IMG/VR virus record: IMGVR_UViG_3300029288_000149 | Coordinates: 11,317 to 75,316 of that record | DNA: 64,000 nucleotides | Source of the DNA: a virus | Taxonomy: Duplodnaviria; Caudoviricetes | Strand: one strand, 5' to 3' | Shown: positions 56,600-64,000 of the stretch, piece by piece | Layout of the letters: every line of letters starts with the position of its first letter | How positions within the stretch are numbered: the first letter of the stretch is position 1 | The notes under the pieces: generated by a model | Told to the model about the DNA's origin: nothing | Databases searched by the model: none | The model's input: the letters and a program-made list of their open reading frames with translations, nothing else | Translations under genes and position numbers: made by a program

Positions 56600-56927
56600 T
56601 CATAAAGGCAACAAATACTTCTTCAGATGTTGGTAATTTGTTCGGTACCACAACTGGTTGTACTGCAGGTACCCAGCGTCTGTCTACCATTTTACCAACA
56701 ACACCCTCATAATACTCAGGTACGCTGTAACCATTCAAACACTTGACCAAATAACTCACACTAAAGTTTCTTGGTATACGTAATTCCACAATACTACCGT
56801 GTGCACCTTCTGTAAATTGCACAGACTGTTCTTCCTCAGGGAAGTAAGGTAATTTAGTTGAATACCAAACTATTACCTGGTTTGGTAATGTCACCGTCCA
56901 TCTGTAAATTCGGAAATATTCTTCCAT
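56577..56927 (-). CDS. hypothetical protein
   Basis: RBS; operon-coupled. Confidence 0.55.
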   Translation of the reverse strand: MEEYFRIYRWTVTLPNQVIVWYSTKLPYFPEEEQSVQFTEGAHGSIVELRIPRNFSVSYLVKCLNGYSVPEYYEGVVGKMVDRRWVPAVQPVVVPNKLPTSEEVFVAFMNGEFNND

Positions 56928-56937
56928 AATCTATCTC

Positions 56938-57264
56938 CTAACAGTAATCGCAAAGTATTTTCACATCAGGCAATACAGTAGAATGTATGTCAATTGGAGT
57001 CTCAGCGTCTACCAATTCGTTATAATGATAATCACACACATACTTTCTACCTTCTATGGTAGAACCTTTAAGGACAATCATATGTGTAGCAAAAGATATC
57101 TTGGAAATCTGTTCACCAATTTGCTCTTCCGAAGAGGTATTATTACCTAATTTGTCCATACGACGCTCCACGAGGTGCATAGAGGCTTCCACAGAGAGAC
57201 AGAAGCCAGGTTGTAAGCAGCCACATCTTATACATTCGATTCCCCAACATCGAGTTTGTACCAA
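56938..57264 (-). CDS. hypothetical Cys-rich protein (start uncertain)
   Basis: CIRCGC..CDYH..CDYC. Confidence 0.45.
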   Translation of the reverse strand: MVQTRCWGIECIRCGCLQPGFCLSVEASMHLVERRMDKLGNNTSSEEQIGEQISKISFATHMIVLKGSTIEGRKYVCDYHYNELVDAETPIDIHSTVLPDVKILCDYC

Positions 57265-57797
57265 GAGACTAGAATGTCCTTCTCAGCTGCATTACTGTCT
57301 TCGCAAATAATTTGATTATCTGGATTGATATCCTGTAGGAGGATGATAATGTCAGCTTCTTGAATATCCTTCCAGTAACCACCTTTACCAAACAGTCGAC
57401 GGTCATCAACCATTATCGTATCGTGCATACCATGTCGGTACTTCTTCAATACTTCCAATTCTTGGATAAGAGGTACTGGGTAATTACCGACGACGGCACT
57501 TTCTTGGATATGAGCGTCCAACCAGAAGGTAATAGGATCTTTGATAAACTGTAACAAGAAAGGTAATTCCCTTACAGAATCACCTAAATGGATAAACACA
57601 TTACCAAGGCTGTCAAATTCCTTATCGACAGCACTGTGTAAAGTAGGATCTATCTCAATACTTACGATTTTTGAGAATCCACAGCTTAACGCTAGTTTGA
57701 CACCACCACCCTTGAAGGTGCCAGTTTCCAAGAAGACAGGATTCATATACTTCTGAAGAGTTTCTTTGCGTAATGTAATTGAAGAATCCATCAACAT
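57228..57797 (-). CDS. class I SAM-methyltransferase-like protein
   Basis: FLETGTFKG; SIEID; GDS; FWLDAH; IMVDD. Confidence 0.7.
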   Translation of the reverse strand: MLMDSSITLRKETLQKYMNPVFLETGTFKGGGVKLALSCGFSKIVSIEIDPTLHSAVDKEFDSLGNVFIHLGDSVRELPFLLQFIKDPITFWLDAHIQESAVVGNYPVPLIQELEVLKKYRHGMHDTIMVDDRRLFGKGGYWKDIQEADIIILLQDINPDNQIICEDSNAAEKDILVSWYKLDVGESNV

Positions 57798-57842
57798 AAT
57801 CGTTCTCCCTTTATAATATTATTCATAATAAATACAACTTGT

Positions 57843-58532
57843 TTAGGGATTATCTTCTTGCCACTCATTCTTTTGGATAACGTTGACTCTGTCTCCAATG
57901 CTCACACCTGACATGCGGTTTGTCAATTCCTTCACTGCTCTGTCACGCACAGCAGGGTCTGAGATGTTCTTCAAAAGAATATCAGCAACTGTGGCTTGAA
58001 GGTACATAGCCTGTGCTGCTGTCAACGTATTACGATTCTCAATCTTGGAAATCTTCTCAAGCAGTGTGCCAATAGCAGCCACCAACTTTGTAGCTCTTGA
58101 TATTGCGATACCATAATTGTCTTCGTCTACATTAGGAAAGTTTTCAAGAAATTCGTGGAATATGGCTCGCATACTAGCAAGTTCGATTGATAAATCTGAC
58201 AAATCTGAGGAATCACCTGTTAGGAATTCCTCAATCTTGTCCTGAAGTACTGCTCTTGTAACAACTGCATTCTTACCACTTCTTATACTGGCTGTTATAT
58301 TAGTATTACCTCCATGCAGACGACAGGCTCCAGTACCATAATGGCTTGTACCCATACCAGCAGGACGATTACAACGCAGTCCTTTGCCTCTATTATCAAC
58401 ACCGTTCAAAGTCCTGAAACAAAGAGCAGTTTCTGACCTCTCAAGATCATCATTGTGGGTAATCCAATAAGTAACACCACCAGGTGTGCCCTGCTCTTCG
58501 CGGATTGTAACCTTATCTTTACTAATTGGCAT
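57843..58532 (-). CDS. terminase small subunit candidate (C..HGG type)
   Basis: LRCNRPAGMGTSHYGTGACRLHGG motif followed by helical oligomerisation-like region. Confidence 0.6.
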   Translation of the reverse strand: MPISKDKVTIREEQGTPGGVTYWITHNDDLERSETALCFRTLNGVDNRGKGLRCNRPAGMGTSHYGTGACRLHGGNTNITASIRSGKNAVVTRAVLQDKIEEFLTGDSSDLSDLSIELASMRAIFHEFLENFPNVDEDNYGIAISRATKLVAAIGTLLEKISKIENRNTLTAAQAMYLQATVADILLKNISDPAVRDRAVKELTNRMSGVSIGDRVNVIQKNEWQEDNP

Positions 58533-58725
58533 TGGGTTGGAAATCCTTCTCCATTTTCAAGATAACTCTGGCGTCTGGTCTGTCTCTGTTTACGACACCA
58601 TAAAGAGTGCGACCATCCTTCAATCTTATGCGTATCATGTCTGCCTTGTCTTCCTCAACGAGTTGGTATTTGTTGTTGAGGAAAACTTTCTCTTCAATCT
58701 CTTCTTGCAGGATAGTACTTCTCAT
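58522..58725 (-). CDS. hypothetical protein
   Basis: Operon-coupled 67-aa ORF. Confidence 0.55.
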   Translation of the reverse strand: MRSTILQEEIEEKVFLNNKYQLVEEDKADMIRIRLKDGRTLYGVVNRDRPDARVILKMEKDFQPNAN

Positions 58726-59735
58726 CCCTTACTCCTTGATAGTGGTACATACTTTGGTATCAATTTGTGTTCATACAAACCTTGATTTATCTCATTGTAT
58801 AGATTAGTCCATCTTTTTGAGATAAACACATTCGGATCACCATTATAGGCTGCTACTTCTGCAAGATTCTCACCAATCGCATTACTTACAGCAAGACCAT
58901 AATTTGCCGTCCTTGCTACTTCGATATAAGACTTACCATAATTTGTAACTGGGATTTGGTACAACAGTGAGCGCAGTTCTGTATATCCATAATATCGCTG
59001 TTTTATGTCAATTGCCCAATACTGACTGATGAATTCAGGTCTTACATTTCCTTGCTTATCCAATACGACAGAATCAGAATCCCATGGATCTTGTAACTTC
59101 TTCAACAAGGCTTCCTGTCTGTGTAATTGCTTCTCAAACAAGTGAAATCTGTGGTGCATAACTTCATGTGCTATCAGTCTCTTGTTTATGTGAGGAATGC
59201 CATTCTCGTCATAAGTCAGACTATTTGAGAAGACTGTTATCTCTCCTGTCTTAGGTTGATAAGACATAGCAGTTTCATAATTATTCTCACCAACTATGAA
59301 TGCAGAACCTTTGTAATTGAAGTAGACCATCTTGTCTCTTGGAAATCCAAGTTCGTCAGCATACTCTTCCAATTCCTGTCTTATCTGATTCTTATGCTCT
59401 TCAGGCACCTCATCAGCATTCAGGAATTTGACTTCTCGTACCTTCTTAGCAGCAGATGCACCCTTTGGTAAACTCCCACCTACCTCACCTGGTCTACCCT
59501 TATGTCCATGATGACCGCTACCAGCACCACCTTTGAGTATGATAAGATCTTTGTTGATATACTTATACCCACCATCATTATTAATATTATCTGTATGTAA
59601 ATTCTTACCAGACAGTATGTCTTCAGGTATCCCATTCGGGAATGCTAAGCATACAGGAGTTATACCATCCCCTAAGAATCCTATAAAGAATTTGCATCCT
59701 CGTTGCTGACAGATTACTGGATTTGGTACAGTCAT
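58722..59735 (-). CDS. Cys-rich module + internal KGGxGSG tag + HExxH zincin metallopeptidase
   Basis: CQQRGC..CLAFPNGIP..H module; LKGGAGSGHHGHKGRPGEVGGSLP; LIAHEVMHH..ENLAE. Confidence 0.7.
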   Translation of the reverse strand: MTVPNPVICQQRGCKFFIGFLGDGITPVCLAFPNGIPEDILSGKNLHTDNINNDGGYKYINKDLIILKGGAGSGHHGHKGRPGEVGGSLPKGASAAKKVREVKFLNADEVPEEHKNQIRQELEEYADELGFPRDKMVYFNYKGSAFIVGENNYETAMSYQPKTGEITVFSNSLTYDENGIPHINKRLIAHEVMHHRFHLFEKQLHRQEALLKKLQDPWDSDSVVLDKQGNVRPEFISQYWAIDIKQRYYGYTELRSLLYQIPVTNYGKSYIEVARTANYGLAVSNAIGENLAEVAAYNGDPNVFISKRWTNLYNEINQGLYEHKLIPKYVPLSRSKG

Positions 59736-59745
59736 GTTATACCTT

Positions 59746-60819
59746 TCACCACTTAGGTACCACTAATTTATTCTTCTTCAAAAATTCAATATCTTGACTT
59801 ATGTAATCTAATCTGTCTTTCAATTTCTCATAATTAGTACCAACAATCAAGTTAACAAATGACTCAGCGTAATCTTCCATGGTGTTAGTGAACGCATACA
59901 TGCTTGGTCGCATTCCTTTATTGAATATCTCATTATGTAAAATGTCTCTACTTTTATCACTAGACTTGTCTTCACGATAAAATCTTGAATCATCCAATAT
60001 ATGACCAAGCTCATGTATAAACGCTGAAGGACTTGATCCATATCGCTCATTGTGTATTCTAATATCTCTTCCTGTTACAGATGCAGCAGCACCATCACTT
60101 TTATCGTAAATTATTGCACGTAATGCTCCACTCTTCAAAATAGTATCAATTCTTGGATCATAATTTGCTAACTTTACAACATCTGATAATAAACGATCAG
60201 ATGTCTCTTGACTCATGCCCTCAGGTACAAGTCTGTGTGTCATTATCCCATACTTATCATACAATATATGTGCAGCATTTTCAATATTTGGGACAACATT
60301 TGTGTCAGTAACATACTTCATACCAACTTTGTGAAAGTACTCAGGAGGTACTGGTACCATGTCTGTTGAATAACCTTCTTTATCCTTTATTGTCCACTTA
60401 ACTCGCCACAAATAAATGTTACGCTTTGCTGCTAATTCAGCATCATTATACTTTTGCACATACTTGTGTGATTCAAGTTTTATTTCCTCAGTATACCAAT
60501 CTGCATTTCTGTACAAATAATCTAATTCTTCAGGATTGCCTAATGTAATGTACTGTGCAGTTTGGTCAGCAACCTCTTCCGAGATTCCCTTACTTTGTAA
60601 GTACTTAGAATATTCATCCTGTATGTTCCTGCAGTCTGAATAACTTTGAGTAACTATGTATGACAATTTACCAATATCAACCTTTGTCTGCATAATTACT
60701 CTAACACTTGAACCTCTTGGTAAACTTCCACCAACTTCACCAGGTCTCCCACGATGACCGAAGTGTCCACTTCCAATTCCACCTTTGAGAACAACAATTA
60801 CTGGCAAATTTGACTCCAT
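59746..60819 (-). CDS. KGGxGSG-tagged zincin (anthrax-LF-like) metallopeptidase
   Basis: LKGGIGSGHFGHRGRPGEVGGSLP; FIHELGH..YAFTNTMEDYAESF. Confidence 0.75.
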   Translation of the reverse strand: MESNLPVIVVLKGGIGSGHFGHRGRPGEVGGSLPRGSSVRVIMQTKVDIGKLSYIVTQSYSDCRNIQDEYSKYLQSKGISEEVADQTAQYITLGNPEELDYLYRNADWYTEEIKLESHKYVQKYNDAELAAKRNIYLWRVKWTIKDKEGYSTDMVPVPPEYFHKVGMKYVTDTNVVPNIENAAHILYDKYGIMTHRLVPEGMSQETSDRLLSDVVKLANYDPRIDTILKSGALRAIIYDKSDGAAASVTGRDIRIHNERYGSSPSAFIHELGHILDDSRFYREDKSSDKSRDILHNEIFNKGMRPSMYAFTNTMEDYAESFVNLIVGTNYEKLKDRLDYISQDIEFLKKNKLVVPKW

Positions 60820-60874
60820 GAATGAGTTTGATAATAGCTATCAGGGAGGTCAGATTACTCCAACCTCCCCACAA

Positions 60875-61225
60875 TCACGCAACTGATTTTGCTTCAAGAC
60901 TGTACGATTTACCGATCACAGGTAATCCCTTTACTGCAATATGAGTAAGTTTGGAAATACCTAGTGACATAACGTAACTGAGGACATATGTGCCGATCGT
61001 AGCAATAGTTAATAGGGTTTGATCAATGCCACTGACATCAAAAGTAGGCAAGAAGAGACGTGTGATAAACAGAGCGAGGATTCCCAACAAGTTGAGACCA
61101 CCACTCCACTTCACAGCGTCACCGTCCTTGATAAACCCGATCAGTTTGCCGACATTAACCAGTAATGCTACCAACGCAGCAAATCCTGCTAATGCTATTA
61201 CTTCCACAACAATTTCATTGAACAT
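60875..61225 (-). CDS. holin-like membrane protein
   Basis: Three hydrophobic helices; directly after the endolysin. Confidence 0.65.
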   Translation of the reverse strand: MFNEIVVEVIALAGFAALVALLVNVGKLIGFIKDGDAVKWSGGLNLLGILALFITRLFLPTFDVSGIDQTLLTIATIGTYVLSYVMSLGISKLTHIAVKGLPVIGKSYSLEAKSVA

Positions 61226-61286
61226 ACGTACTCCTTTCTCAAGCACAATCTGACTGATAACCAATACAACTTGTTTAGCTTATATG

Positions 61287-62756
61287 TCACTCTCCTGGAA
61301 TAGGATGCTTGAGTTCTGGAGCTGAAAACCCTTGTGTCTTTGCCCAATCACTCAACATTTGAATCCACTTAACAAACTCGATAGGTTCTTCAGGCACACT
61401 GGGTAAGACAACTATAACATATTCTGGATAGGTTATGTTGATCCACTCATTCAGCAGCTTGGAAATCCTGACAAATTTCTCGCCTCCAATGGTACGTTCT
61501 TCGTACACATTGAACTCACCTAAACCAGCATTACGTAAGACAGAAGCGTGTCTGCCTGCTCCTGCTCTTACTGTTAGGTTGGAAATCAATGTCCTTACAA
61601 GATAAAGTGGTTTGGCTTCTTCACCACCATAATCATGACTGACCAATAAAGGTTCAGGATCAATTGCACCATAAGCATAACCTCCAGGAACTTGTGGTGC
61701 TCCAGATGACAGTCTTATCTCAAAGTGTAAATGAGGTCCCGTAGAATAACCAGAATATGGATCAGACGTTGCCCCACCTGTTTTACCAATAAGCTGTTTA
61801 CCTGTTACAATGTCGTCAACCTTTACCAAACGTTCAGTCAGATGACCATAGATAAGCGTAATACCATTCGCACATTGTATACGTATCTGACGTCCGTACC
61901 CGGTCTTCTCTTTTCTGTCTTCAGAGACAACTACTATGCCGTCCATAGCACAGTAAACATTACTTCCCACAGGAGTTGCCCAATCGATACCATTATGCCC
62001 TTTGGATTGAGTGTACCATTGTGGATTCTCACCAAATTTTTGTGAGATTGTAAACACACCCTCATCAACAGGATAAAACATTTTCATTGTGTCCTCCACT
62101 TCAGAATTTCTCTCTACTATTACGTCAATGTCTTTGGTAATCTCTTTGAGATTTAATGCTCTTGGACCAAGAACTTGCATATAGTGTGGTACCTTACCAT
62201 AAGGTAACATCTCAGCCCAACCGCCACTTATTCCACCAAGTAATTTAACAACCCACGGTTCAATGTCAGACAACTTCTTGATTGACCTACCACCTGCATA
62301 CAAGTGTTGTGCTAACATAAATTCGTGATTCCAACACCAACCGGGTGCAGCTGGTGCTATATTCTGCTCCCACCAAGGACGAAAGGTATAAATTATTGAT
62401 AATCTATCAAGTGCTGTATCAATTCTTGTCAACAATTCGTGCAATTCGTCAGCTTGTTGTCGTGGAGGTTTTATGTTATCCTTCTCCATGTCCAGTAAGA
62501 AAGGTAATTCACCGTCCCTTGCTGGATACAAAGCCATTATTCTGTCATAATTACGTATTGGAGACCACTCTGATTTTGGAAAGGCATAAACACCTCTTGG
62601 AAATATTCCTAAAGACTTTCCAAATTGCTCATCAAATAGAGGATCTTTAGGATTATCTCCATCAACCAACTTGAACCAAACACCATTTATGTGACCAGCA
62701 ATGGCTTCATAATTGATAATCTTATTAGCTTGCCACAAATCTAGATATACTTTCAT
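61287..62756 (-). CDS. endolysin: GH25-like muramidase + M23 peptidase + SH3b-like domain
   Basis: LDLWQAN..GVYAF..LDME..IYT (GH25-like); HNGID..YGHL..TGPHLHFEIR (M23); LTVRAGAG (SH3b-like). Confidence 0.8.
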   Translation of the reverse strand: MKVYLDLWQANKIINYEAIAGHINGVWFKLVDGDNPKDPLFDEQFGKSLGIFPRGVYAFPKSEWSPIRNYDRIMALYPARDGELPFLLDMEKDNIKPPRQQADELHELLTRIDTALDRLSIIYTFRPWWEQNIAPAAPGWCWNHEFMLAQHLYAGGRSIKKLSDIEPWVVKLLGGISGGWAEMLPYGKVPHYMQVLGPRALNLKEITKDIDVIVERNSEVEDTMKMFYPVDEGVFTISQKFGENPQWYTQSKGHNGIDWATPVGSNVYCAMDGIVVVSEDRKEKTGYGRQIRIQCANGITLIYGHLTERLVKVDDIVTGKQLIGKTGGATSDPYSGYSTGPHLHFEIRLSSGAPQVPGGYAYGAIDPEPLLVSHDYGGEEAKPLYLVRTLISNLTVRAGAGRHASVLRNAGLGEFNVYEERTIGGEKFVRISKLLNEWINITYPEYVIVVLPSVPEEPIEFVKWIQMLSDWAKTQGFSAPELKHPIPGE

Positions 62757-63142
62757 GGGATAATCAACTCCTCACAATCGGCAACTTTTACATCTTCCAT
62801 CTTGGTAGGAGCTATATTTGCTTTTTGTAATTGACCAACCAAGGCATTGATCAAGGCTTGATAATTCTTTATTTGACACTTAAGATAGACAACAGTCTGA
62901 GTTGTTTTCTTCTGCTCATCCTGAATTCTTGTAATGTCATTCCTAAGTTCCTCAAGAGTTTTCTCAAGTTTCTCAGTATAAGTAAGTTCTTCTCCCTTCG
63001 CTTGGAATTTCTCTTTATTGATGGTGTACTTATCCATCTTCCTAGACTTCAACCACAAGGCACCAGACGACAAGAGGGATACTAACAGCAGTATAATCCC
63101 TATCCATTCTTTTACAATGCTTACTGTTGTGTTAGATTCCAT
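62753..63142 (-). CDS. membrane-anchored coiled-coil protein (lysis cassette)
   Basis: N-terminal TM helix then heptad-rich region. Confidence 0.55.
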   Translation of the reverse strand: MESNTTVSIVKEWIGIILLLVSLLSSGALWLKSRKMDKYTINKEKFQAKGEELTYTEKLEKTLEELRNDITRIQDEQKKTTQTVVYLKCQIKNYQALINALVGQLQKANIAPTKMEDVKVADCEELIIP

Positions 63143-63145
63143 TAT

Positions 63146-63496
63146 TTATCTCCTGTGTATGTTTCTTACGTTCGCACCTGTCGCCATCACAACTGTAAAC
63201 AGTGTAATCAAAATTCTAATAGGAACTGCTCCAAACCAATAAATCTCACTTGTACTCATAGGAATAAATGTCCTCACCAATAAATAAGAATAAGTTATAG
63301 AAGTCAATCCAAGCACAACAGCTGAGGCAATCTTTATCCAAGCATAAGAATAATTTTTGTTCAGCTTTAACCACCTAACAGTATCTAATACACCCTTTAT
63401 ACCAAAGAATATAATTACCAACTTAATAGGTATTCCAATTATTTCGATTATGTTCACTGTACTCCAAATTAATCTGTTGGTAAGACAAACATCCAT
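63146..63496 (-). CDS. membrane protein (holin/antiholin-like)
   Basis: Three hydrophobic segments, in lysis cassette; start uncertain. Confidence 0.5.
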   Translation of the reverse strand: MDVCLTNRLIWSTVNIIEIIGIPIKLVIIFFGIKGVLDTVRWLKLNKNYSYAWIKIASAVVLGLTSITYSYLLVRTFIPMSTSEIYWFGAVPIRILITLFTVVMATGANVRNIHRR

Positions 63497-63843
63497 TCCA
63501 ACATGGTAAGTTGCATCAAAGATAGTCGAAAATCTTCATAATCTTCAAGAACAATAATTTTTATATCTAATTCAACTTCTGATTCACCTAACTTAGTCAT
63601 TTCAACTGAGAATTCTCCCAAATTTTCTGGTGGTACTTCATATTCGTCTTTGTCCTTCTGCTTGACTCCATATTTCGTTCTTATTAAATCAAGACGAACT
63701 TTTTCAAATGTTTCCGCTTCTGTTTGTAACAATCTCATATTACGGTACAAAGTAAACAAAAGTTTAGTAGGTAATTTTTCCGTAATACTTTGTTGTAAAG
63801 CAAAGTAACCATTTACGATCTGTATCAATTTCAATTTCATCAC
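63469..63843 (-). CDS. hypothetical protein, possible fibre assembly chaperone
   Basis: Follows a fibre-like C-terminus; acidic 124 aa. Confidence 0.45.
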   Translation of the reverse strand: MMKLKLIQIVNGYFALQQSITEKLPTKLLFTLYRNMRLLQTEAETFEKVRLDLIRTKYGVKQKDKDEYEVPPENLGEFSVEMTKLGESEVELDIKIIVLEDYEDFRLSLMQLTMLEWMFVLPTD

Positions 63844-64000
63844 GCAGCTCCTTTCATCAATCCAACATTTACTAATGCTGTTCTCATTGCAACTACTAAA
63901 TCATATAACGCTTGCATATTAGCATCTGAATCTAGTCCAAAAGCTCCTGTCGCATATGCAGCTGGAGCAACTTGTGCTGCTCCTGAAGGCTGTATAATAG
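63840..64000 (-). CDS. C-terminus of a fibre-like virion protein (partial)
   Basis: Manual translation ..ANMQALYDLVVAMRTALVNVGLMKGAA*, resembling phage fibre C-terminal caps. Confidence 0.4.
   Translation of the reverse strand, partial: IIQPSGAAQVAPAAYATGAFGLDSDANMQALYDLVVAMRTALVNVGLMKGAA

Larger units (their letters stand above)
1539..61275. promoter_or_regulatory. dispersed oriented intergenic motif ACAAGTT(G/A)TATT, at least 17 copies
   Basis: Minus-strand copies at 1539, 5692, 7539, 11878, 27715, 40055, 40802, 42046, 46616, 50681, 50853, 54972, 57831, 61263; plus-strand copies at 46753, 48750, 50903; all at gene junctions or in non-coding DNA. Confidence 0.85.

Noticed and set aside
21802-60819. 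Tag DNA repeats as a CRISPR array or DGR template/variable repeats
   Set aside because: Copies are in-frame coding, irregularly spaced kilobases apart and vary at synonymous sites rather than at adenines. No cas or reverse transcriptase gene is present.
264-63242. Numerous plus-strand ORFs in the track (e.g. 264..647, 4839..5276, 29359..30240, 28282..28809, 41551..41916)
   Set aside because: They are antisense shadows of well-supported minus-strand genes or RNA elements, with no RBS and Ser/Leu/Phe-rich composition. Only 46782-49810 is a credible plus-strand unit.
1-64000. Stop-codon reassignment, inteins/introns, integrase or IS elements
   Set aside because: Core genes translate intact at expected lengths under code 11. 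No intein, HNH, integrase or transposase motifs were seen in this window.

Overview
64 kb of a tailed dsDNA phage genome, probably siphovirus-like (838-aa tape measure, no tail sheath seen, no integrase in the window). Genetic code is standard, and almost all genes are on the minus strand. In transcription order (right to left): end of a fibre-like gene and lysis cassette, small terminase, accessory genes, large terminase, a short plus-strand early-gene island, a tRNA/ncRNA cluster, a thymidylate-synthase-fold enzyme (dUMP-type), portal, MuF, prohead protease/scaffold, major capsid, glycosyltransferases, tail module, then replication genes (SF2, SF4 and SF1 helicases, primase, sigma-like factor), a DNA base-modification cluster and a partial UDG-domain DNA polymerase. 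The main observation is a conserved ~24-aa Gly/His-rich peptide, (L/F/Y)KGGxGSGxxGHxGxxGxxGGS. It occurs 14 times in 11 genes scattered among the virion genes, including MuF, and is fused each time to an unrelated cargo: two ADP-ribosyltransferases, a zeta-type kinase, a GNAT, two zincin peptidases, a Cys-His-Asp enzyme and several unknown domains. I interpret this as a modular tag that addresses an effector arsenal to the capsid; that function is inference. Also notable: a likely hydroxymethyluracil-based DNA hypermodification pathway with a BGT-like glycosyltransferase, a virion-glycosylation toolkit, at least 17 copies of an oriented intergenic motif (ACAAGTTRTATT), a candidate +1 tail-chaperone frameshift and several structured non-coding elements. 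All family assignments come from motif recognition by eye, not database searches, and the host cannot be determined from the sequence.
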